This document shows, one piece after another, positions 56,684 through 64,000 of a DNA stretch of 64,000 nt. This stretch comes from a virus (lineage: Duplodnaviria; Caudoviricetes). Positions within the stretch are counted from its first letter, which is position 1, and each line of letters starts with the position of its first letter. Location: IMG/VR virus record IMGVR_UViG_3300006092_000342, positions 32,222-96,221 of that record. One strand, written 5' to 3'. The translations under genes and the position numbers were made by a program. A model generated the notes under the pieces. The model saw only the letters and a program-made list of their open reading frames with translations, was not told the DNA's origin and made no database searches.

Positions 56684-57610
56684 ATGACAATCACACTATT
56701 ACAAGATTTGAGGATAACTGATACTATATTTTACATTAGTTCCCCCGATTTTTTAAATCGGCAATTATCTTTTAATTCCGAAGGAAAAACTTTTTCAATA
56801 AAGCTGACTGCTATCGTTAGCATGCAGCGAAACCCAGATTCTGGACTTATTGAAGTTGGCTACACTTTTATAGATATTTCCGGGGAGCGATTTGAAATGA
56901 AAGCCCAGAATGAGTTTGCAAAAATTGAAAGGCCCCGACAGCACTTACCTAATTTAGATGCTATCCCTGTTCCAGGCGACTCCCGAAATCCTACTTTGCA
57001 TGTATTGAAAGTTTGCCGGGATTATAACGAGAACGAAAACACCATTTTATTAAGTCTTCCCTATTTAAGTAATATGCTTGTTATTCATAACAAAACTCTT
57101 ATACTCAGACTTGGAAAAATGTTAACGCAGATAAAAAACAAATACTTATACGAGTGTATTCCTCGTTTAGATATTGTTAGATTTAAAAAAGGGGACATTG
57201 TCAGTGCTACTGAAGGGGCTGTTAATAATTCAGAAATAGCAATTAATACTTTATTTCAAAGAATTTTAAGACTAGCTCCTCATTTCTCCAAAGAGGTTCT
57301 TTTAGATTTTGATTTTACATTTGCACAGTTTGCCAAAGCTTATAGAAAAGAGCTAGTACTTGAATTTCAAAAACTTTCACCCATACATTCCCATTTTTTA
57401 TTTAAGGATTTAACAGAGTCTCCTACTTTTACTGAAAACGAAGCTATGTATGCAGATTGGAATAGAGCTTTAAGCAAAGTTTCCTTAGAAACTTTACAAG
57501 CAGCAGCATCCCGCATACCAATGATTCTGACCAAAGTTTATAATGGAAGTGCGATACGACCTACCGATCTAGATTTAAATAAAATTCCTGCAGATGACGG
57601 ACCTGAATAA
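56684..57610 (+). CDS. Hypothetical protein
   Basis: 308 aa; no motif recognised. Confidence 0.75.
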   Translation: MTITLLQDLRITDTIFYISSPDFLNRQLSFNSEGKTFSIKLTAIVSMQRNPDSGLIEVGYTFIDISGERFEMKAQNEFAKIERPRQHLPNLDAIPVPGDSRNPTLHVLKVCRDYNENENTILLSLPYLSNMLVIHNKTLILRLGKMLTQIKNKYLYECIPRLDIVRFKKGDIVSATEGAVNNSEIAINTLFQRILRLAPHFSKEVLLDFDFTFAQFAKAYRKELVLEFQKLSPIHSHFLFKDLTESPTFTENEAMYADWNRALSKVSLETLQAAASRIPMILTKVYNGSAIRPTDLDLNKIPADDGPE

Positions 57611-57914
57611 ATTAAAATTATGCATACGATTGTATCAGAAAAAAGAAACTAAAATTATTCTAGATTATCTTCATAATAAAACTTTCAAAAATAAAATTAG
57701 TCAGCTAGATATAATCTTTAGATTAAGAGCTCATAATCAATCAAACACCGCCCACACTTTACGTAAATTAAAAATGTTAGGTTTGATCCAATCAATGAGA
57801 CATGGTAAATATACCTTCTATCAAAAAACAGATCTTACACTTGTCAAAGTTATAATTCAACTTACACAAGACATTCAATTAAAACTAAAAACTGAAACGG
57901 AATCTGAATATTAA
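57594..57914 (+). CDS. ArsR-like winged-helix regulator
   Basis: QSNTAHTLRKLKMLGLIQSMRHGKYTFY matches the ArsR recognition helix and wing. Confidence 0.75.
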   Translation: MTDLNKLKLCIRLYQKKETKIILDYLHNKTFKNKISQLDIIFRLRAHNQSNTAHTLRKLKMLGLIQSMRHGKYTFYQKTDLTLVKVIIQLTQDIQLKLKTETESEY

Positions 57915-57945
57915 ACATTATTTTTAACTATCACAAATACTAATT

Positions 57946-58209
57946 ATGGATTCATCACAAAACACCGCGCCCACGCCCAAGCCTCTTTTAGTACAAATAG
58001 CTGACTACTTAGAGAATACCATCAGTGTTCAAAGAGAAATTAATGAAAGACTACTTACCATTTTTCCCCAGGAACGTCCGCTTAAGGCTGATTGTGATAC
58101 AGAATCACCTAAAGTTCTTCCCATTCCTGAAGACATCAAAAATCGCTTTATCCTTTTACAAAAATTAAGTCTTGAAAATCGTGATCTTCTAGGAAAGCTA
58201 ATTCCCTAA
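57946..58209 (+). CDS. Hypothetical protein
   Basis: 87 aa, helical. Confidence 0.6.
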   Translation: MDSSQNTAPTPKPLLVQIADYLENTISVQREINERLLTIFPQERPLKADCDTESPKVLPIPEDIKNRFILLQKLSLENRDLLGKLIP

Positions 58210-58285
58210 AATAGAGAAAGCCGACACGGCTGCCGGCCTCTCTGACGAATTTTAAAAATAACCTATTACAAAGATAATATTTTAT

Positions 58286-58771
58286 ATGACTTACTTTACT
58301 CTAAAACGATTCTATGTCTTTTTTAAACTCTTCATAGCTTCAAAATTCAATTATTGCATTTTTTGCCATGGCGACCTCTTCGCTTCTCTCTCATGCCCAT
58401 ATTGCCTTAATACAATCCCTCAAAAAATTCACTTCACCCAACTTAAACCTTACATCCCTTTCTTCCATCCCTTCCATATCATGCACATCCTTCGTAGTAT
58501 CATCTATCCCCTATCCGTCCTACTCCTATTCCACTCCTCTACTATCCTCTTTATTCTTTTTATCATCCTCGTCTGCTTCCATCTTATATTTTTGATCCTA
58601 TCCCAAAAATATATAGTATTCCTTCGCCTACATAAACAATTCTTTAAAGTAGGCGATGTCATAGTCTTTTCCTCTAAAGAAAGACTTCTTATCATTGATG
58701 ACTTCCATTCGAACTACCGAGCCATTTTCATTCCATTAATTCCTTCTAATTACTTAACTCCAAAATCTTAA
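58286..58771 (+). CDS. Hypothetical membrane protein with CxxC...CxxC
   Basis: CIFC...CPYC and a hydrophobic segment; lies in G-depleted DNA. Confidence 0.45.
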   Translation: MTYFTLKRFYVFFKLFIASKFNYCIFCHGDLFASLSCPYCLNTIPQKIHFTQLKPYIPFFHPFHIMHILRSIIYPLSVLLLFHSSTILFILFIILVCFHLIFLILSQKYIVFLRLHKQFFKVGDVIVFSSKERLLIIDDFHSNYRAIFIPLIPSNYLTPKS

Positions 58772-58774
58772 TAC

Positions 58775-59299
58775 ATGAATCCTATTACCTTTAATGCTAA
58801 TCAAAGCCTCCCTGACTACCTGACCTATCTCCAATTCATTTGCGCTAATTTAAAGCAATTCCATAACATCCAGGAACCTCCTAAAAATCACCCCTACTTC
58901 GCATACTACTCCCGAATATTTAATCTCTCTAAGATGCTTAATGAAATTAATACCTTCCAAAAAAATAATCCTAACTCTAAAAAAATAGATATAGATCTTC
59001 AATATTCATCCACTTTCTTCGCTCACAAATTCGTTCGATTTGTAATTACTATCGATAACATCCCTCTCCGAATTCTAGCTCATAATTTTGAGTATTTTCA
59101 ATTTACCGCCGCGCCCTCAAAAAAAGTACTAATATTCCCTAGCTCACATTCCGCTTACTATCCTGCCAAATTTTCCCAAATAATACAAGCTCTTGCAACA
59201 CCTTCCCTCCTCTCTTCTATCACCCTCACACTCCTCAAATTTAATAAACCTAAAATCGCTTTCGCCATTTTTAATAACTTCCTACGAATCCCTTCGTAA
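58775..59299 (+). CDS. Hypothetical protein
   Basis: 174 aa in G-depleted DNA. Confidence 0.5.
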   Translation: MNPITFNANQSLPDYLTYLQFICANLKQFHNIQEPPKNHPYFAYYSRIFNLSKMLNEINTFQKNNPNSKKIDIDLQYSSTFFAHKFVRFVITIDNIPLRILAHNFEYFQFTAAPSKKVLIFPSSHSAYYPAKFSQIIQALATPSLLSSITLTLLKFNKPKIAFAIFNNFLRIPS

Positions 59300-59328
59300 A
59301 TTTTAAAACCTATAAACTCTCCCTCACT

Positions 59329-59410
59329 TTCAGTACCCGGTAATTCGAATACCGGGTATTGAACCCCTATTTTTTTTCGATACCCCCCATGCGAGGGCGA
59401 TCGGAGAGTG
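59329..59410. other. Candidate genome terminus / packaging-site region
   Basis: 14-bp hairpin 59329-59363, then CCCCTATTTTTTTTCGATACCCCCC exactly at a C-rich to G-rich switch. Confidence 0.4.
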
Positions 59411-59718
59411 TCTTTTGGGTATGTTTGAAATAAAATAAAAGGAAGGTATTGTCTTGGTTTTAGTTTTGGTTTTGCCGACATAGAGTTGACGAGAGGATGA
59501 AAACAGAAATTGGAAGGAAGGATGTGTTTGTTTGAACAGAGAGCATGCATCTAAAAATATAACTGATATAAAGCTTGGGCCGGGGCGTGCCTGGGATATA
59601 AACGCTGACAGGCACACTGGGTTCAGTATCGATTGGTGTAGGAGAAGCGAAGCGAAGGAATGATCACCGGAGCCCGGCCCTACATCAATTGTTTTACTCA
59701 CCGTTTAAATCGTTTATC

Positions 59719-59835
59719 ATGCAACTGTCTATGATTCAAAGACATCTTGACAGAATAGCTGAAGCAGAAGTCCAACAGAAAATCCAGCGTGAGCTGGAAG
59801 AAGTAGGACATGTGACTGCGGCAGATTTCTGTTGA
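59719..59835 (+). CDS. 38-aa early peptide MQLSMIQRHLDRIAEAEVQQKIQRELEEVGHVTAADFC
   Basis: Below track cutoff; first plus-strand ORF after motif copy 1, AT-rich leader, amphipathic helix. Confidence 0.5.
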   Translation: MQLSMIQRHLDRIAEAEVQQKIQRELEEVGHVTAADFC

Positions 59836-59936
59836 TATGCCAAGGTTATGGAGTCTGGGACCTGGTAGGTTGGTTGTTGCCCAGGGAAGATCAGACTCCA
59901 TGGACCTTTTAAAATGTAACTTTTAAAAACTATTAT

Positions 59937-60398
59937 ATGAAATACGCATTGATCCTCGTCTCTATACTGTTAGTATTAGCAGTAGGGAGAGAAAAAGCTG
60001 CTGAGAAGCAGCTGGTAAAAATCCCCGAGCATATCGGGGCTTACACGAATCTCGATATTGTATGGGTTAATACCCATACGTACGAAATCTCCACGGAAAG
60101 TGGAGAGGTTTATGGAAAAGAAGAAAGCCTTGCAGAGGCTTTAGATTTCCAGGAATGGATAACCGCGCAGCATGCGGTTATCTATGATGAAATACCGAAA
60201 GGGAGTTTTACCCGCGGGAATTTTATGACAGATAGAAGACTTGAAGTATACCGGTCTATAAATCAGGAATCAATAGCATTTATCGGGTATCTGTACGTGA
60301 TGAAGCAAAAAGATACTGAAACAGACTATGATGTATACCAATACAAATTCCAATCTGAAACTCCTGAAATAAGAAATCGATTAACAACACAAATTTAA
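59937..60398 (+). CDS. Exported/membrane-anchored hypothetical protein
   Basis: MKYALILVSILLVLAVG signal-like N-terminus. Confidence 0.65.
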   Translation: MKYALILVSILLVLAVGREKAAEKQLVKIPEHIGAYTNLDIVWVNTHTYEISTESGEVYGKEESLAEALDFQEWITAQHAVIYDEIPKGSFTRGNFMTDRRLEVYRSINQESIAFIGYLYVMKQKDTETDYDVYQYKFQSETPEIRNRLTTQI

Positions 60399-60408
60399 AT
60401 TAAACAAC

Positions 60409-60735
60409 ATGCAAACAGACTTTTATTACATACTAGAGAAACTAGTAATATTGAAAGAACCTGCTCTCTATGAGCGAGCAAAAAAAATAGAATTGGGGTT
60501 AATAGAGACTCCAAAAACAGCCCTAATAAGGCTGTTCCCAGGAGATCCAAACTACCCTAAACCCGCAACAGGGTTTAAATTCAAACAAGATTTCAGTGCT
60601 GTAAACATATTAGTAGATGTTGAGGAATACAAGATCTATAAAGATGAAGTATTATTCGGCGGGCATTGGTATCCAGTAATGTCAGTAAATCCTACCGATT
60701 TAACTCAAATTCCTATAGAAACCTCTCAGAAATGA
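60409..60735 (+). CDS. Hypothetical protein
   Basis: 108 aa; ATGA-coupled to the next gene. Confidence 0.65.
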   Translation: MQTDFYYILEKLVILKEPALYERAKKIELGLIETPKTALIRLFPGDPNYPKPATGFKFKQDFSAVNILVDVEEYKIYKDEVLFGGHWYPVMSVNPTDLTQIPIETSQK

Positions 60736-60977
60736 AAACAGTAATTATTCTCGTATTCCTATTTGTTGGGCAGCTTCATGCCCAGCAAATAGTAGATCTA
60801 GATGTTCTGGATAAAACGCCAAAAACAGAACAACAACTGATCGGAAAGTCTGTAAAGACTGCCGACCAAGCTCGATTTAAAGGAAAACTATTCCCCATTT
60901 ACACTTCAGTAAATGGCAAACAATTTATCGTCTACCAGAATTCCCGCGGGAACTGGACGAAGAAGTATCTCAAATAG
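60732..60977 (+). CDS. Small secreted protein
   Basis: Real start ATG 60732: MKTVIILVFLFVGQLHA-Q signal peptide. Confidence 0.65.
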   Translation: MKTVIILVFLFVGQLHAQQIVDLDVLDKTPKTEQQLIGKSVKTADQARFKGKLFPIYTSVNGKQFIVYQNSRGNWTKKYLK

Positions 60978-61107
60978 TTTTTATAGAGCTCCTCGCCAAT
61001 GCAAACGTGCATTGACGGGGAGAGTAAACGCTGACCGATGCACTTCCTAATAGTATTGATTATTAATTATTAACTGCGCCGGGCAGTCCCCGGTATTTTA
61101 TTAGCTT

Positions 61108-61704
61108 ATGAGTAAATTAACTAACGAACAACTGTTGGCGAAGTACGCCGACTTTGTTCCAAACGAGGAAGGTGCCTCTCCGGTAATCTTTGCCGATTCA
61201 GACACGTCCCAGGTAGGACCCTGGGCCCTCTTTATTCAATTCGTTGCGTCAAAAGTGAAATCTATTCACCCATTAAAGGGTGAACAGGAATCGCTCCAAA
61301 TTGTAGTTGCACGAGTGATGTGCAACGCAACCGCAACAATTTTAGCGGATCTTCCAAACATTGGGGAAACTCTCCCCGATGATATTGGGTTATTCCGGGA
61401 TTTCCGCTTTGTAAAACAAGGTGCAAATGCACCAGAAGCGCGCTTCGGACTTCAATCCGGGTTTCAAGTCTTCACCAATTCATCGGGCATGGCATCGTTC
61501 AATGCAAAGGGAGAAATCCTGATGCTGAACGAATACATAGCGCCAAAGGCATCGGCTGGACATCCAAATCCTTTCCCAAGCGGAGAGCGCTTAACTTCCA
61601 TCCGCAAGGATAGCAATCCGGCCCTCTCCCAAAGAGAGGCTTATTTCGCAGCATACGCAAATGCGTATGGTGCTAAAATAACTGCGCCCGAACCTGTATT
61701 CTAA
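61108..61704 (+). CDS. Stand-alone early protein (possibly SSB-like)
   Basis: Own motif copy upstream, strong terminator downstream, higher GC than neighbours; function is a guess. Confidence 0.6.
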   Translation: MSKLTNEQLLAKYADFVPNEEGASPVIFADSDTSQVGPWALFIQFVASKVKSIHPLKGEQESLQIVVARVMCNATATILADLPNIGETLPDDIGLFRDFRFVKQGANAPEARFGLQSGFQVFTNSSGMASFNAKGEILMLNEYIAPKASAGHPNPFPSGERLTSIRKDSNPALSQREAYFAAYANAYGAKITAPEPVF

Positions 61705-61729
61705 ACCTAACCTGTATTTTAGATCCTAC

Positions 61730-61760
61730 AAAGACAGTCCTTTACCGGACTGTCTTTTTT
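61730..61760 (+). terminator. Intrinsic terminator
   Basis: AAAGACAGTCC-TTTACC-GGACTGTC followed by T6. Confidence 0.9.
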
Positions 61761-62138
61761 AATAAATACCATTCCAACCCTCCAACGCTGACCGATGCAC
61801 TTTATCCAACGCTGACCGACACACTTTCTCCCTCGCTCAATCTTTACCAGAAGGAACCTAATTGAATACAGTTAATATCTATCAATATTTTTAAACCGGC
61901 GGAAAAGATTATCTTTATACCATTAAATAACCTACTACTCTATTACAGTATTAAATAGGTATAACCAATGTCTCAAACCTTTAAATACTTCCACACATTC
62001 CCTCATCCTCCTCCTTATTTATCTCATAATTGCATAGGTCACCGAATTTAATTTGTACCTCTCGCCGATCATACAACCTATTGAACCTAATTTTTTATCT
62101 ATTTTCCAAATTCTATTACGCTAAAACGCAAATTCACA

Positions 62139-62459
62139 ATGAAAAATATAATATTATCCTATCTATTGGTCATACTTATCGCCATTACAATTAAACTCGG
62201 ATTCCATTTCGCTTACATACACCCTTCTCATACCTTTAATCCTTGCAATACCTCTAATCCTAAAATAGTACTTGTCTATTTTAACGCCGAATTAGTTCAG
62301 GTTTTAGTTGATTCTAATACATACTCAAAACCAATTTCAATATTCTATACTTCTGCACTACATACTCCCAATATTCACTCACATGTCGTCCCCTTCCTCT
62401 CAGATTCACTCCAAAACTTATATCATACTACCTTCTTTCCTCTCATTTCTTACGATTAA
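62139..62459 (+). CDS. Hypothetical membrane-anchored protein
   Basis: MKNIILSYLLVILIAI N-terminus; G-depleted DNA. Confidence 0.45.
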   Translation: MKNIILSYLLVILIAITIKLGFHFAYIHPSHTFNPCNTSNPKIVLVYFNAELVQVLVDSNTYSKPISIFYTSALHTPNIHSHVVPFLSDSLQNLYHTTFFPLISYD

Positions 62460-62679
62460 CACTCATTATCAGCTATTTATAACTGTTTCTCGAAGGGTCT
62501 CCCGATTCCCCGAGTGTAAATCCTATGGATACGTAGTCCGAAGTTATTGAGGTAACAGACAAATTTTTTGGGCAAAAAGTATATGGTAGAAGTATTAACT
62601 GGTGTAGGAATAGGATAGGTGTTTGGATTGGGGAGTTAGAAGGTTATAAATAATTGATTCACAAATAAATAAACAAAAG

Positions 62680-63243
62680 ATGAAAGAAATTAAAAATCAG
62701 TATGGAAAATGGCTATTGAATAGAGTTAAAGGCTATTTTGAAGATGCGTGGAATTGGTATAGATTAAGGAAAATAGGCAATCGATTAAGATCGCGAGGGC
62801 TTAAGGTGATCTTACAACAAAGTAAGATTAATCCGGAAGTAAAACGATTATGGGTAAATGCATTGTTATCGGGAGAATATAAAAAGACTCAACTTAAGTT
62901 AAGGGAAGAAGATTCTTATTGTGTAGTAGGGCTATTGTGTGAATTACATAGAAAAGAGACTGGGGTAGGAGATTGGAGAAATAAGAATAGTTATATAGGC
63001 TGGAGCTTGATAGCGCCTAGAGAAGTAAAGGAATGGGCAGGGGTAGTTAGTGATTATTTTCTTAATACTGTAGCAGAGTTTGAGTATGAAGTAAGAAATG
63101 AGAGAGGAGAGTTAATAAGAATGGAGAAAAGAGAGCTAGGTATAATGGGATTAAATGATTTTGGGAAAAGAGAGAAAGAAGAAGAGTTAGTAGGAGAGTT
63201 TAGCTTTGAAGAGTTAGGGTATGTAATAGAAAGAGCATTCTAG
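62680..63243 (+). CDS. Hypothetical phage protein, paralog A
   Basis: WVNALLSGEYKK...YCVVGLLCELHRKETG shared with the next gene. Confidence 0.8.
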   Translation: MKEIKNQYGKWLLNRVKGYFEDAWNWYRLRKIGNRLRSRGLKVILQQSKINPEVKRLWVNALLSGEYKKTQLKLREEDSYCVVGLLCELHRKETGVGDWRNKNSYIGWSLIAPREVKEWAGVVSDYFLNTVAEFEYEVRNERGELIRMEKRELGIMGLNDFGKREKEEELVGEFSFEELGYVIERAF

Positions 63244-63891
63244 GTTGTCATCCGCCGGATGGACTTTTTTGGTCCGGACAGTTCTGGATATCCTCCGGCG
63301 GATCTTTTTTAAACAATTAAATCAACAAAAATGAACAAAATTTCGGCAATTCAGACTTTAAAAGATACCTGGCTGAGGATACAGCTCATGTGGTATGGAA
63401 TATGGGCAAATCTAATCCTGCTAAAAACAGGGTATAAAATTATAGAGCAGGATCATAAAATGGATAAGCGTATAAAACTAAAATGGGCAGAAGCCTTACT
63501 TAGTGGAGATTATAAAAAGGGACAAGGATCTCTAAAAAAAAGAGACTGCTATTGTGTAATGGGAGTCTTGTGTGACCTACACCGAAAAGAGACAGGCACA
63601 GGGCGTTGGATAAATCTAGTAGGTTTTGATGAAAGTTATGAAAGTGAGGATACTATAAATCACTTTATGGTCACTGGTGGAGTATGTAATTGGGCAAAAG
63701 TTGATAATAGTTATTTTAATAGGAAAGTAGTAAGACATAAAAAATTAAAAGGGGTTGGCGAAATGATAGCAATCTCAGGTCTAAATCTAATACACTTAAA
63801 CGATCTCGCAAAATTTCAGGGAAGGTTTAAATTAGGATTTAAACAGTTAGCTTATATAATGTACAAATCGTACTAGGTTGTCATCCGCCGG
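63240..63891 (+). repeat. 19-bp direct repeat CTAGGTTGTCATCCGCCGG starting long hairpins
   Basis: Exact copies at 63240-63258 and 63873-63891, each containing a paralog stop codon. Confidence 0.9.
63331..63876 (+). CDS. Hypothetical phage protein, paralog B
   Basis: WAEALLSGDYKK...YCVMGVLCDLHRKETG. Confidence 0.8.
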   Translation: MNKISAIQTLKDTWLRIQLMWYGIWANLILLKTGYKIIEQDHKMDKRIKLKWAEALLSGDYKKGQGSLKKRDCYCVMGVLCDLHRKETGTGRWINLVGFDESYESEDTINHFMVTGGVCNWAKVDNSYFNRKVVRHKKLKGVGEMIAISGLNLIHLNDLAKFQGRFKLGFKQLAYIMYKSY

Positions 63892-63970
63892 GAGGGGTTT
63901 TTCGGACCAAACTGGTTCTGAATCTACCTCTCCCAGGTCGGTATTTTATAATTAAAATAGAAACATAGAA

Positions 63971-64000
63971 ATGGAAGTATTCAATCAACTTTTTACAGGA
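63971..64000 (+). CDS. Partial ORF running off the right edge
   Basis: ATG after an A-rich leader following the second hairpin. Confidence 0.45.
   Translation, partial: MEVFNQLFTG

Larger units (their letters stand above)
59601..61825 (+). repeat. Dispersed 18-bp motif AACGCTGAC(C/A)G(A/G)(T/C)(G/A)CACT, 4 copies
   Basis: Copies at 59601-59618, 61027-61044, 61784-61801 and 61808-61825; all intergenic and in the same orientation. Confidence 0.85.

Noticed and set aside
59158-59901. Three minus-strand ORFs (130, 123 and 67 aa)
   Set aside because: They cross hairpins, the skew switch and a better plus-strand peptide ORF, and their composition looks non-coding.
61781-61827. Tandem 24-bp repeat as a mini CRISPR array
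   Set aside because: Two abutting copies with no spacer and no cas genes; better explained as copies of the dispersed 18-bp motif.
63240-63941. Integron attC sites
   Set aside because: No RYYYAAC...GTTRRRY ends in the proper arrangement and no integrase in the window.
1-64000. Stop-codon reassignment as in some crAss-like phages
   Set aside because: Core genes are intact in code 11, TAG and TGA terminate genes normally, and there is no suppressor tRNA in the window.

Overview
Segment of a lytic crAss-like (Crassvirales-related) podophage that uses the standard genetic code. The host is very likely Bacteroidota, based on TAnnTTTG -7 promoter elements, an SprB-like repeat, lipoproteins and a beta-barrel protein. 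Positions 1-46.4 kb are one minus-strand late operon with crAss-type gene order: terminase, portal, scaffold-like protein, major capsid, ring/auxiliary capsid, hub/fibre genes, lysis genes, tail tube, muzzle and large ejected cargo proteins. The last cargo gene runs off the left edge and is missing from the ORF track. At 44-51 kb are GroEL, a divergent GroES-like protein, a WCGPC thioredoxin, nucleases and an outer-membrane barrel. At 51-64 kb are plus-strand small genes, two tRNAs and a probable genome-end/early region. Most notable: (1) outer virion proteins are extremely cysteine-rich, with a thioredoxin-like CPAC module inside the muzzle, while about 3,850 aa of cargo has only two Cys, facing each other in PCxI motifs at one gene junction; (2) a leader-peptide/terminator/antiterminator attenuator sits in front of tRNA-Glu; (3) two sharp C-rich to G-rich switches bracket four copies of an 18-bp motif, a candidate terminal repeat with early promoters; (4) there are candidate counter-transcribed sRNAs, long intergenic hairpins and a -1 frameshift. 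All family assignments come from motifs and synteny read by eye; no database search was run.
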